Source: Utricularia gibba (lineage: Eukaryota; Plantae; Magnoliophyta). From it: DNA of 64,000 nt. The position numbers and the translations under genes were made by a program. The stretch's first letter is position 1. Each line of letters begins with the position of its first letter. The notes under the pieces were generated by a model. The model worked only from the letters and a program-made list of their open reading frames with translations. It was not told where the DNA came from and did no database searches. Location of the stretch: positions 2,542,001 through 2,606,000 of the forward strand of contig NEEC01000017.1 in assembly GCA_002189035.1 (NCBI GenBank), read 5' to 3'. Positions 13,341-25,144 of the stretch are shown piece after piece.

Positions 13341-13391
13341 AAAGCAAGTATTCATTCTGAAGAGTGAGGGGTGAAGCAATGACGTGACGCC

Positions 13392-13440
13392 GTCCCACAT
13401 CGGATGCGAATCATACGCCTGTAAAGGCTTGAGTTATAAA
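13392..13440 (+). promoter_or_regulatory. Plant snRNA promoter: USE + TATA with Pol II spacing
   Basis: USE GTCCCACATCG at 13392-13402 and TATAAA at 13435-13440. The 32-bp spacer fits Pol II-type snRNA genes; Pol III-type spacers are about one helical turn shorter. Confidence 0.9.
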
Positions 13441-13461
13441 GCACCATACAGGTGGAGGAAC

Positions 13462-13593
13462 AACCCACGCAGCTGCGCAGTGAGCACAGAGCGAACTATT
13501 CTTTCGCCTTTTACTAAAGAATACCGTGTGCTCGCTGCACAAAGCAGCATACGCCTATTTTTGGAGGGCTGCCTTCCTTCACCGGAGAGCCCA
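13462..13593 (+). ncRNA. U5: U5 spliceosomal snRNA
   Basis: GAACTATTCTTTCGCCTTTTACTAAAGAATACCGTGTG carries the invariant loop I GCCUUUUAC. Sm site ATTTTTG, 3' stem GGGCT...AGCCC, and a 3'-box-like CA-N8-AGTTCAC follow. Ends approximate to a few nt. Confidence 0.95.
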
Positions 13594-13737
13594 TCAATCC
13601 TAGTTCACGAACCTCTTTCCAAGGCTAGCACCACAAGGCCTGCGGTGCGTTGTATTGTAATTTGAAGACGTTAGATCAATTCTAATCCGCATAGTGGTGA
13701 CGGTTTGGCGTGTAAAGCAAGGACCTTATTTATTTTT

Positions 13738-13919
13738 CCAGGATTCGATTTTATCATCAATCCAATCCCGATTCACGTTTTTTCTTATCAATGAATAGAT
13801 CTCTTTACTTGTATGACTTAGATGTCTCGTATTTTTCGAAAAAGTGATTCGATTGATGATGAAGAAAGAGAATTCTTGGTTCAGTTCTCCGCCTTAACGA
13901 CAGAAAAAAGGATTGATCA
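13738..13919. other. ycf2: Plastid-derived insertion (NUPT), ycf2 fragment, internally rearranged
   Basis: The minus strand of 13738-13858 reads [40 protein letters not shown]. The plus strand of 13843-13919 reads [25 protein letters not shown]. Both are recognised as neighbouring stretches of angiosperm Ycf2. Confidence 0.85.
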
Positions 13920-13964
13920 CTAGAACATAGATATGTACTACAAAAATTATACACATCAACAGAA

Positions 13965-14036
13965 GTGGCTGTAGTTTAGTGGTTAGAATTCCACGTTGTG
14001 GCCGTGGAGACCTGGGCTCGAATCCCAGCAGCCACA
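13965..14036 (+). tRNA. trnH-GTG: tRNA-His (GTG), nuclear type
   Basis: 72-nt cloverleaf GTGGCTG...CAGCCAC-A, anticodon arm CCACG-TTGTGGC-CGTGG, A and B boxes intact. The genomic -1 base is A, so G-1 must be added post-transcriptionally. Upstream CAA motif present. Confidence 0.97.
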
Positions 14037-14043
14037 TTGTTTG

Positions 14044-14050
14044 TTTTTTT
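14044..14050 (+). terminator. Pol III oligo-T terminator of tRNA-His
   Basis: T7 run starting 8 nt after the tRNA 3' end. Confidence 0.8.
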
Positions 14051-15143
14051 ATGTATATCATTCGCGGAGGATGTTTAGTGAAAGCGCGGTGCGATTCTTA
14101 TTTTCCTATTTGTGTTGGCACATTGGTGAGAACCTTACAAAGGTGAGAGAAACTCCTCCGGGTTTGAATTCAAAAATGAAAAAACGACATGGAGATGGGA
14201 CAAGACAACTCAACGGTGCGGCAACGTGAACATTAGAGGGTAGTAATGAAAAGTGTTGTATGTGCTGTGCTGGGTTCAACCCCTCATGTTGAGCCTTTCT
14301 CAACAGTCACTCGTTGCTTTATTTCCGTGGTGGCCAGCCCTCTTCTCGTTCTCTCCAGGTCAAGTCGCTCTCTCGGCAGGCCCAGCAGCAGAAGCATTTA
14401 AGATTAGTGTTTCATGCTCCTTTCCTTACCATTAGACGCCCGGTTAGATTCCCAAGACGAGGTTGAAAACATTGGTAACTATGTCGGCTCGGCTTTGTCT
14501 AATGCTCCTGCTGGCTGCTGCCCTGCCCAAGACCGACTACAGACAGAGTTTTGAGGCGGAGCAGTGCAGGACAGGGGTCCGGTCCGGTCCATGTGGGATG
14601 GGGTGACATGTCCCACACCGCAATCAATTCGCCTTCAACAACCAGCTCTCTGCCCTCTTCCTTTTACGTTCAACGTTTTAATGCGGAGGAGCCCTCTGCA
14701 GGCACCCTAAATTTAAAGCCAACCTGCCTTTTTCTTTCTTGGCTGCTCTATTTTCCCTCCCCCGATTCACTGGTGAAAACTTGCTCCTCCGAGAGTATTC
14801 CGTGAAAGGGGGCACTTCGCTACATTGTGTCACCGCGCATTTTGCTATTTTGTGTTACCTTTGCTTCTGCGTCGCTGATCTACCTTGCTTGAGAAAAATT
14901 TCCGCCGGTGCATTTGCGCCTATTTGATTGCATTTTGTAGGGAGTTTGGCTGTTGTATGGAGCTGTATAAATAAATATCCCTGGGGACCTTCAAGGGTTT
15001 GAACTGTAATCTTTCTGGACCATATTCTGCAGTCATTTCAGTCAGCCATCCCTAAGAGAGCTTTCCCTTTACCCTTTCGTTGCTGATTTCTTATAGATCA
15101 ATCAGGAAATGTGTTAAGGGTTGCATCTCCTGATTCTTAAAAA

Positions 15144-17995
15144 ATGAGAAGCCTATCTGCTGTTCTACTGTTCGTTTCTTTAACTTCAGTTTTGGTGAAT
15201 TCCATCATTCCTTCGCTGAATGATGACGTCCTGGGGCTCATTGTTTTCAAGGCTGATATTCAAGATCCTGCTGGGAAACTAGCATCTTGGAATGAAGAAG
15301 ATGATAGCCCTTGTAACTGGGTTGGTGTAAAGTGCAACCCAAGATCCAACAGAGTCTCTGAACTTTCCCTCGAGGGTTTCAGCCTCTCTGGAAAATTGAG
15401 CAAAGGGCTTCTCCAGCTGCGATCTCTCCAAAAGCTCTCCTTGGCGAGAAACAATCTAACAGGAGGCTTAACTCTCAGCTTATCTCAGTTTCCTAGTTTG
15501 ACATTCCTTGACTTGAGGGAAAATGGCATCACCGGGTATATTCCAAGCGATTTTTTTACCCAATGTGGCTCTTTGAGATCAATTTCCCTGGCGTCAAACA
15601 CGTTTTCGGGCCCGATTCCCGAGAGTTTGAGCTCCTGTGCCTCATTGGTATCACTCAATTTTTCAAGTAATCAGTTGTCTGGATCATTGCCTTTAGGACT
15701 CTGGTCGTTATCTGGGCTCAAATCTCTCGATTTGTCCAATAACTTGTTAGAGGATCATGTCCCTGAGGGGATTAATCGTTTGAGCAGTCTGAGAGTATTA
15801 AACTTGAGAAATAATCGGTTTACTGGTGAAATTCCTGGTGGGATTGGTAGGTGCCTGCTGTTGAGATACATTGATTTAAGCCAGAACTCCTTTCATGGGT
15901 TTCTTCCAAGCGCAATCCGGAGGCTTTCTCTGTGCAATAACTTCATCTTAGGAGGAAACAAATTCACGGCCGAGTTGCCTGCATGGATTGGAGATATGGT
16001 GAGCGTTGAGTTTCTGGATCTTTCCTCGAACAACTTTAGTGGCACTATCCCTGCTTCGTTAGGCAAGCTCAAGTCTCTGAAATTTTTAAACATATCACAC
16101 AACGCCCTGTCTGGGATCGTGCCGGAGGCTGTCCAGGATTGCGTGAATCTTCTTGTTCTAGACTTGAGCCACAACTATTTGACAAGCAGTCTGCCGTCCT
16201 GGTTATTCACAGTTAGACTGCAGCAGGTTCTGGTTTCAAACAATGGATTTAGTGGGAGTCTTGATGATGCCTTTGCTTCTTCTGTGGAGAATTCCAGGGA
16301 AAAGCTTTTCACTTTGGATGTCTCCCACAATAAGCTATCTGGTGAAATTCCAGCTGCCATTGGGAGCTTCAGCAGCTTGGATTTCCTTGACTTGAGTGAG
16401 AATGCATTTAACGGCAGCATTCCGATCTCCATTGGCGATTGTTCGGCCCTTGTTTCCCTGTAAGTGTTTCCCCAGGATTATATGAATTCATTATGCTGTT
16501 AAGATCCATGTATTTGATCATCTGGTCTTCCGCTGAATCTTGCAGGTTCCTTGCTCGTAATCAGTTCACCGGTCCTATACCTGGATCGCTTGCAAAGCTC
16601 ACCCATCTAGAAGATGCCGACTTGAGTTCTAATAAGCTGACAGGCACTCTGCCAAAGCAGCTGAGTGATCTCGTGAACCTTGAGCTTTTCAACATTTCAC
16701 ACAATGAGCTGCAAGGTGAACTGCCTGGTGGTGCATTTTTCGACACTATCAATCCATTGCTGGTGTCCGGAAACCCAGCTCTCTGTGGAGCTGCGGTAAA
16801 AAGAAGCTGCCCAACTGTTCTTCCCAAGCCACTGGTTCTCAATCCAAACTCTACCGATGCGACACCTGGTTCGATGCCCTCCGCCTTTGGTGCTGGGAAG
16901 AAAATTCTTAGCATATCTGCCCTCATCGCAATAGGGGCTGCTACAGCTATTGTGCTTGGTGTGGTGGGTATCACCATACTCAACCTTCGGGCTCGTGCTG
17001 TGACGTCTAACTCAGCTGCACCTCTAAACTTTTCCGGAGGCGATGATTTCAGTAGTTCCCCGTCCTCGGATGGTGAGTCCGGGAAGCTGGTTATGTTTTC
17101 TGGTGATCCCTGCTTTCGAGCCACTGCACATGCGCTGCTGAACAAAGATTGCGAGCTTGGGCGCGGTGGATTTGGAGCTGTTTACAAGACGATGCTTGGG
17201 AATGGACGCCCTGTCGCCATCAAGAAGCTGACTGTTTCAAGCATTGTGAAGTCGCAACAAGATTTTGAGAGGGAAGTGAGGGTGTTGGGGAAGGTGAGAC
17301 ACTCCAACCTCGTTGCCCTCGACGGCTACTACTGGACGCCTTCTCTCCAACTTCTGATATATGAATTCGTCTCCGGTGGGAATCTGTACGAGCGTCTGCA
17401 CCAAGAGCCGGAGGGAGGCCACCTGCCCTGGGACGAGAGATTCAACATAATGCTGGGTGCGGCAAGAGGGCTGGCGCATCTCCACCAAATGAACATAATC
17501 CATTACAACATAAAATCAAGCAACATCCTGGTTGACAGCAAAGGGGAAGCAAAGGTGGCGGATTATGGCCTGGCGAGACTGCTGCCGATGCTGGATCGGT
17601 ATGTCCTGAGCAGCAAGATCCAGTGCGCACTGGGTTACATGGCGCCTGAATTTGCTTGCAACACCGTGAAGATAACCGACAAGTGCGATGTGTACGGGTT
17701 TGGGATCCTGGTTCTGGAGATGGTGAGTGGGAAGAGGCCGGTTGAGTACATGGAGGATGACGTGGTGGTTCTAGCAGACATGATCAGAGGAGCAGTAGAC
17801 GAAGGCAGGGTTGAAGAGTGCGTGGACAGGCGTTTACAGGGCAAGTTTCCGGTGGAGGGCGCGGTGAAGTTAGCGCTTGCTTGCACCTCGCACGTACCAT
17901 CCAGCCGGCCCAAAATGAGCCAAGTTGTGACGATGCTGGAGCGCATGAAATGCACCTCCGCAAGCCCCAGCGAGTCCCCCGATTCCAGTAACTGA
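15144..17995 (+). CDS. IRK: LRR receptor-like kinase, IRK/PXC2 type; exons 15144-16459 and 16546-17995 (921 aa)
   Basis: Signal peptide, LNDDVLGLIVFKAD..DP LRRNT cap, LRR array, TM segment ISALIAIGAATAIVLGVVGITIL, and a kinase with GKLVMFSG, ALLNKDCELGRGGFG and HYNIKSSN. An 86-nt GTAAGT...TGCAG intron joins the two ORFs in frame. Confidence 0.92.
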
Positions 17996-18254
17996 AGTAG
18001 AGGGCGTTATGCATCGGAATGAATATGTTGTAACTCGAACAAAGCTGCTGGGTTGTTTTGTGTGCTGCCATCCTCCTCTCACTCACTAGGTGTTCTTTTT
18101 CTGTGCGTGGTTTCAAGGGCACAATATGGGATTATATTATAAAAAAAAAAGGATGAATTATCATAATTGAGAACAATATTCGCCTGTTAACCAACCTCTG
18201 AGTGAGTGAGGGAGCGGTTGACTTTTTGGCGAGTGGGGATTGGATTCGGACCTG

Positions 18255-18287
18255 GGAGTGGGAGTGGGAGTAGGAGTAGGAGTAGGA
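18255..18287 (+). repeat. (GGAGTR)5 hexanucleotide microsatellite
   Basis: GGAGTG GGAGTG GGAGTA GGAGTA GGAGTA GGA read directly. Confidence 0.85.
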
Positions 18288-18729
18288 TGTTTATTCTCTT
18301 ACTTACAATTAATTAATTAATTAAGACATTTTACCTACAAATGGTGTCGTGGCATGGCACCCATTTCATTTGACTTGGAGAATTAAATTGTGCCGCAACC
18401 CCAATACGGCGTCGTACGCCTCCTCACCGAACTCCCTCTCTCTCGCCTTCTTGTACAACCCCACAGCAGTAGTGTGGAGTGGACGCCACAGCCAGAGGGA
18501 ACGCACGCTCCGCGGATGTCAGCTACCTCGATCTCCGCCATGTTGTGATGACCGCGATGTTCTAAATAGTGCCTTAGGGTTGTGTTTGCCAGGTACGCCG
18601 CCGCATTCGCTCAAATCCCTCTTCTTATTTCGCCGGCGCGATTTCACCGGCCTGAGATTATTTCGTGCATGTTTAGGTCTTCTGATTCATCTTTGTTCAT
18701 GCATTTGGGAGTTAAGGGAAGGGGGAAGG

Positions 18730-20492
18730 ATGTCGGAGAACAAGAGGTTTCAGTTGGGGACGATAGGGGCGCTTACACTTTCCGTGGTCTCATCGGTTTC
18801 CATTGTGATCTGCAATAAGGCGCTTATGAGCAATCTGGGCTTCACTTTTGGTGAGATGCCTATTGCTCGTGTAGTTACCAAATACTTTTGTTCAATCATC
18901 ATGCGTCTTGTGACATTTTGGTTGGGTATTCGCCTTTTTCATTTTGTCGAACTCACATTGTGGAGATGAAGGTTCGTGAAGGTTCTGCCGGGAATTTGGG
19001 TCTCTATGTTGACGTTTGTTGCTATTGTTCCCTTGTGCAGCAACCACTTTGACAAGCTGGCATCTGCTTGTTACTTACTGTTCGCTTCGCGTGGCGCTAA
19101 TGATGAACTTCTTCGATCACAAACCTATAGACTTTAAAACTGTATTTGGATTTGGTATATTGAATGGAATTTCGATTGGGTTGTTGAACTTGAGCTTAGG
19201 TTTCAACTCAGTCGGTTTCTACCAGGTACAGAAGTGTGTTGCCTTCGTTTCATTTCTTTCTCCTAATTTGGAAGATATCACCTTGAGGGGAGAAGAACTT
19301 TCTGTTACTTACGCAGATGACGAAGTTGGCTATCATTCCATGCACCGTAGTTCTGGAAACTATTTTTTTAAGCAAGACGTTCAGGTAGGTTTCATAAATT
19401 AGTTTCAAGACACTTTAGTCTAATCATGTGACAGCCATCTTGGAGGTTTTTTTTCTTTTTTTGCAGTCAGAAAATTAAGCTTTCTCTGGCCATTCTGCTT
19501 CTAGGAGTTGGAATTGCAACGGTTACTGACATGCAGCTGAACATGCTGGGCTCTTTTCTCTCGTTTCTTGCAGTTATCACCACCTGTGTCGCTCAAATTG
19601 TATCCTTTTGTCGTGCTCAGTTTGATTTATTATATCAGGCGTGGATAGCTGATCGCACATGCACAACAACTGATTGCCTAAGCTTCTTATTTTCTGGTGT
19701 ACTTATTTGCATAGAACCTCTTGATCTTTGACTACAACATGAAACAGAAATGTGTTGAGCCTTTACGCTGCCTGTGCATACTTAACGTCTTCCTCTCAGA
19801 TGACTAACACCATCCAGAAGAAATATAGGATCTCTTCTACTCAGCTGCTATATCAATCTTGTGTTTATCAGTCAATGGCCCTGCTTATAACGGGCCCTTT
19901 TCTGGATAACCTTTTGACTAAACAGAATGTCTTCTCCTTTCAATACAATGCGAGGGTAGTGGTAAGTAGCGATGCAACTCCTTTCCTTTATTTTGTGTTG
20001 TGTTATCATGCACGCCCTGAATCTTTTAATTATGATGCAGGGTTTCATCGTATTCTCTTGCCTGATCTCAATCTCAGTAAATTTCAGCACGTTCCTCGTT
20101 ATAGGGAAGACATCTCCTGTTACATATCAGGTCCTTGGCCATCTCAAGACTTGTTTGGTGTTGACTTTTGGGTATGCATTGCTTCACGATCCATTCAACT
20201 GGAGGAACATCTTTGGGATACTCGTGGCCTTGGCTGGGATGATTCTATACTCGTACTATTGCACTCAAGAGACTCGATCAAAAGCTGAAGAAGCGCTGGT
20301 GCAGAAGGTACTGATGCTCGTAATTCCAATTCCAGTTGTAACTTGGTTTCTAACCTTTCTTGGCCTTGATGGTTTATTTCCATCCAGCCCGGTGAATCCG
20401 AAGGTGACCCCCTTGTGCAAGCAGAGAACGGAAACATGAAGACGACTGATAGTTCCCTGGGGAGTAAAGCAGACAAGGATTTACACGCGTGA
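18730..20492 (+). CDS. UXT: Golgi nucleotide-sugar transporter, UDP-xylose transporter (UXT2/3) type, multi-exon
   Basis: MSENKRFQLGTIGALTLSVVSSVSIVICNKAL, ATTLTSWHLLVT, NLSLGFNSVGFYQ, STFLVIGKTSPVTYQVLGHLKTCLVL. The last exon 20388-20492 ends in TGA in frame. Confidence 0.92.
19600..19799 (+). other. U12-type (minor spliceosome) GT-AG intron in the UXT gene
   Basis: 5' splice site GTATCCTTTTG, branch-like ATACTTAAC about 13 nt before the AG, and no long polypyrimidine tract. Splicing joins ...AQI|MTNTIQKK in frame. Confidence 0.85.
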
Positions 20493-20866
20493 ACGAATGA
20501 CCAATACATGATACATGCTCACTGAAACACTATATACGTATCCCCCTGATAGCTAGCTGCTGGTGTGCCGACAGATAAACACAGGGATACCATTTATACC
20601 TTCCCTTCCACTCCATTTCATTCTTGCTTGATGCATGCAATCCCTCCCTCAATGCTTATACGGATTGATGTGTGTTTTTGCTTTGGCTGTTTTATGAAAC
20701 AAAGAACGTTCGCAGTGAAAAAGTGCTGCTTTTTTCATGTTCGCTCTGGCTTCACGACTCGCGCTATTCCCCGTGTCTTCTACTTCGTCTCCCTCCATTC
20801 TTTTTCAATAAATAAAGCTAACATTGCGCAAATCCCCACGCTGCTGCACTGGTTGGCTTGGACGTT

Positions 20867-20889
20867 TCTCTCTCTCTCTCTCTCTCTCT
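20867..20889 (+). repeat. (TC)11 microsatellite upstream of the KUP gene
   Basis: Read directly from the sequence. Confidence 0.9.
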
Positions 20890-21932
20890 GGATGCATCCC
20901 ACCCATCTCCTCCCACCTTAGACCGGCGATCTGAAGAGTTCCGCAGACCTTATCAACTCAAGCTGAGCGTCGGCATCTCCTCGACAAAGATCCGTTTGTT
21001 TTTCTTTCCTGCATTTTCTTTTTCCAGGAATCTGGGTACAGTGGGCGAGCAAAATGTTATCCCCTCCTTCAGTCCAACAAGAGCGAGAGAATCGCAGACT
21101 TTAGATAGGGTGAGGGGAGCGGTCCATGCTACTTAGCTGCCTACTCACGTGGTGGTTGCGTTAACCGTCAGGCACAGTTTTTTTTCTCCAGCGTGCTCTT
21201 GTTCATGAGAAAAAGAAACTTCACCTTTTGTTCTTTCTTTCATGCCCAGCAAAGTGAAGAGACGACAGCGCTACTTTTTGAATTTTTGAGGTAATCACCA
21301 ACACCCCTTTTTCATTGCAAGAACGCGATGCATGAAATCGGTCATTTTCGTAGATTTTCAGCATCGGTTGCTGTATAGGATTGTCTTCAAATATCAAACC
21401 TTGGTTTCAATATTGACATCGGTGTGTGCGGTAGCCGGAAGAAAGTGCGAGTGTCTGTCCTTATGTACTCAGTTTGATGCATAGATTTCCAGAAACACCT
21501 GCTGTGCCGCTCCTTTACTCCCGTGGGGACTCAGTTTGATTTTCCAAAGGTCTCCTCAAGTCATCTCATCGCACTCTTTTCTGCATTTTCCTTCTCTTTT
21601 CTGCAATGTTTCGGGTTTTTGCTCACTTCTGGGGAAAAAAGGCATCATTCCCCTCTGAGGAACAATAACAGAGAGGGGCACCCACTTTCATTTGGATTGT
21701 GTTGTCCTTGTTTGATTGCAATTCCCTTTCCGCCTTTCCATGTGTCAATTCATGTGGATCGTTGTGCCTCTTTAATGTGCTATTAAGAATCACCTTGTCG
21801 CCACTTGGAAAGTGAACACAGGTTTGGTGCTCCACATTTCTTTTGTTTCCTGCAGAGAACTGCATATTCCCATCGGAATCTTCACCTAATTGACATCGGT
21901 GCTTGTCCATCGCCATCGCCCAGCAGCCAACG

Positions 21933-24914
21933 ATGGATCTCTCTCAAGGGAAAGGTTCAAAGGTGTGTATGCTTCCTTTAAAGTCGTCAAAGGTATTGCT
22001 GGTTTCATTTCATTCAAACTGGCTTTCAGGAGCATTCTTGGAAAACTACGCTGTTTCTAGCGTACCAGAGCCTTGGGGTAGTGTACGGAGATCTCAGTAT
22101 TTCCCCGCTCTACGTCTACAGAAGCACATTCGCTGAAGACATTCATCACTCGGAAACCAACGAAGAGATATTTGGCGTTCTTTCTTTCGTCTTCTGGACA
22201 TTAACTCTCGTACCGTTGTTCAAATATGTATTTGTTGTCCTTCGAGCAGATGACAACGGGGAAGGTGAAATGGATGTCCAGAATCTCCAAACTCTGCTTC
22301 ATCTAATGCTGTATTCTAAAGAAAATTTCATTCCATTTTCAGGCGGGACATTTGCTCTGTACTCTCTCATATGCAGACATGCCAAAGTCAGCCTTCTACC
22401 CAACCGGCAAGTTGCAGATGAGGAGGTCTCCACATATAAACTCGGTCCCCAGGTCGAGACGAGGAGCCGCTCAAGGGTGAAGATGCTGCTGGAGAATCAC
22501 AAGTTTTTACACATTGCTTTGTTGCTCTTGGTTCTCCTTGGTACTTGTATGGTGATTGGAGATGGACTGCTGACTCCTGCAATATCTGGTAGCACATTTT
22601 TTTCATCATCTGCTCTTTTCTTCACTCATCTTCAAACGAGGCACCACCATATGATACCATGCCATCCTCTTTGTAGTTTTCTCTGCTGTTTCTGGGCTCG
22701 AGTTATCGATGTCGAGGGATCACCACCAATGTAAGCCTATTTCCATCTAAATAGTTCCCTTCAATATTGCTTAGAGCATCCGGTCATTGGCTTCTATTCC
22801 TATTTCAGATGCAGTGCTTCCGATCACTTGCTTCATATTAGTTTGCCTCTTCGCCTTGCAACACTATGGTACCCATCGAATTGGCTCCTACTTCGCACCG
22901 ATTGTCTTCACCTGGTTGTTGTCCATCAGTGCACTGGGGCTGTATAACATCATCAAATGGAATCCCCAAATCTATACGGCGCTATCTCCTGTTTACATGG
23001 TAAGGTTTCTGAAGAAAACCAGAAAAGGTGGATGGATGTCCCTAGGAGGAATCCTGTTGTGCATAACCGGTAAACAAGCCAGTTCCCTTGACGTCTCACC
23101 GCCCTCATAACTGAACGACGTGCTGATCTTTTCCCATCTCGCAGGCTCCGAAGCCATGTTCGCTGACCTTGGCCACTTCTCCTATGCAGCAATCCAGGTG
23201 AGGTTACAGGCACTGGCATGAATATTCCGGGTTTTTATTGGATGCTGAAAACGTTACTGCATTCTATTTCTATGGCAGATTGCTTTCACCTTCCTGGTTT
23301 ATCCTGCACTGATATTAGCATATCTGGGGCAAGCTGCGTACCTGTCACAGCATCATGACATGATTCAGAACATTGGGTTCTATGTTTCAGTTCCAGGTAA
23401 GTGTGTTTTCTCGAGAAAAAATGGTCAACCAAAACTCGGATGATGTTACATGTCTTTCTTGTGGACTCAGGACCTGTTAGATGGCCGGTCCTTGGAGTCG
23501 CCATACTTGCTTCAGTGGTCGGGAGCCAGGCGATAATCAGTGGCACATTCTCCATCATCAACCAGAGTCAATCTCTGGGATGCTTCCCAAGGGTGAAAGT
23601 TATCCACACCTCTGACAAAATCCATGGCCAGATTTACATACCGGAGATCAACTGGTTGCTCATGATACTCTGCATCGCTGTGACCATTGGATTCAGAGAC
23701 GTCAAGCACATGGGAAATGCATCAGGTACCAGATCTACACACAAGATACAAGCGATGACTCGAGTGCAGCAGAGGATTTAAGTAATGCTTTCTTTTCTTT
23801 TTTATCTTCATATTTCCTCCTGTTCTTTGCTGCAGGACTGGCGGTTATGGCAGTAATGATGGTCACCACATGCCTGACCGCATTGGTAATCATCCTTTGC
23901 TGGCACAAACCTCCATTGCTGGCTCTGTGCTTCCTCCTCTTCTTTGGATCAATCGAGATGCTCTACTTTTCGGCTTCTGTGACGAAATTCAAAGATGGAG
24001 CTTGGTTTCCAATCCTCCTCGCCCTCGTTCTCCTGAGTGTGATGTTCACTTGGCATTACGCAACGATCAAGAAGTATGAATTTGATCTCCACAACAAGGT
24101 TTCTCTTGAATGGTTACTGGCGTTGGAACCAAGTTTGGGAGTGGCTCGAGTTCCAGGGATCGGCATTGTTTTCACAAACTTGACATCAGGAATTCCTGCG
24201 AACTTTTCCCGGTTCGTCACCAATCTTCCAGCGTTCCATCGTGTCCTCGTCTTTGCGTGCATCAAGTCTGTACCAGTTCCACATGTTCCTCCGGAAGAGA
24301 GGTATCTTGTCGGCCGCGTGGGACCAGCATCTCATCGATCTTACCGGTGCATCGTGAGGTACGGCTACAGAGATGTTCATCAAGATGTGGAATCATTCGA
24401 ATCGGAGCTGATCAGCAAACTGGCGGATTTCATCTCTTATGACTGGCATAAATGTCGAGGCATCATCAGCGCCGACGACGGATCATGTTCCCGTGCATCA
24501 TCGTCCAGCGAGTGCAGGCTCATGGTGATCGGAAACGTGACTTTCTCCAATAGCAATTTAGAACCGGCGAGTGTCGGATCGTGTGGCATCTCATCGATTG
24601 AAAGCATCAAGGAAGAACTCGTGGTGCCCCAGAGGAGGGTTCGATTCGCAATCGACGACGAGGAAGATGAGGGGCTGGGGATGCCATCGGGTATGGAACA
24701 AGAGCAGGGAGATTTACACGAGGCGCAGGAGGCGGGAACGGCGTTCATTGTCGGGCACTCCCATGTGCAGACAAAACGTGGATCCTCCTTCCTGAAACGG
24801 GTGGCGATCGATTTCGGATACAATTTCCTCCGCCGGAATTGCCGGGGGAACGACGTCGCACTGAAGGTGCCGCCGGCGTCTCTGCTTGAGGTCGGGATGG
24901 TCTACGTTGTCTGA
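21933..24914 (+). CDS. KUP2: HAK/KUP/KT potassium transporter, KUP2/POT2-like, multi-exon
   Basis: [93 protein letters not shown], and C-terminal [10 protein letters not shown]. Confidence 0.95.
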
Positions 24915-25144
24915 GACACATACTAACCATGACTCCGGGGCCTATCTGAGATAGCCCTGTCTTTGTAATCTATTTGTGTTGACCTACCAGCAAGAAGTCC
25001 GCCAACTGAACACATTCACTCACTCCACTTCTAGTCACAGCAAACAGAGCCCAAAACACCACTAGTACCGCCGCTGCAAAGGGGAACACCCCCTTGTGTT
25101 ATTCTACCGGACGCACCAACTAAAATGAATAGCAGTACTTGGAG

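Noticed and set aside
14037-14120. Dicistronic tRNA-snoRNA downstream of tRNA-His
   Set aside because: A T7 Pol III terminator follows the tRNA directly, and no C/D boxes are evident.
16561-17955. Long antisense ORFs over the kinase gene (and similar ones over CalS, KUP and SAG20)
   Set aside because: These are expected shadows of codon bias in GC-rich coding sequence, with no independent protein features.
18235-18270. Potential G-quadruplex in the GGGAGT repeat
   Set aside because: It needs a 15-nt loop to supply the fourth G-tract; an ordinary microsatellite is sufficient explanation.
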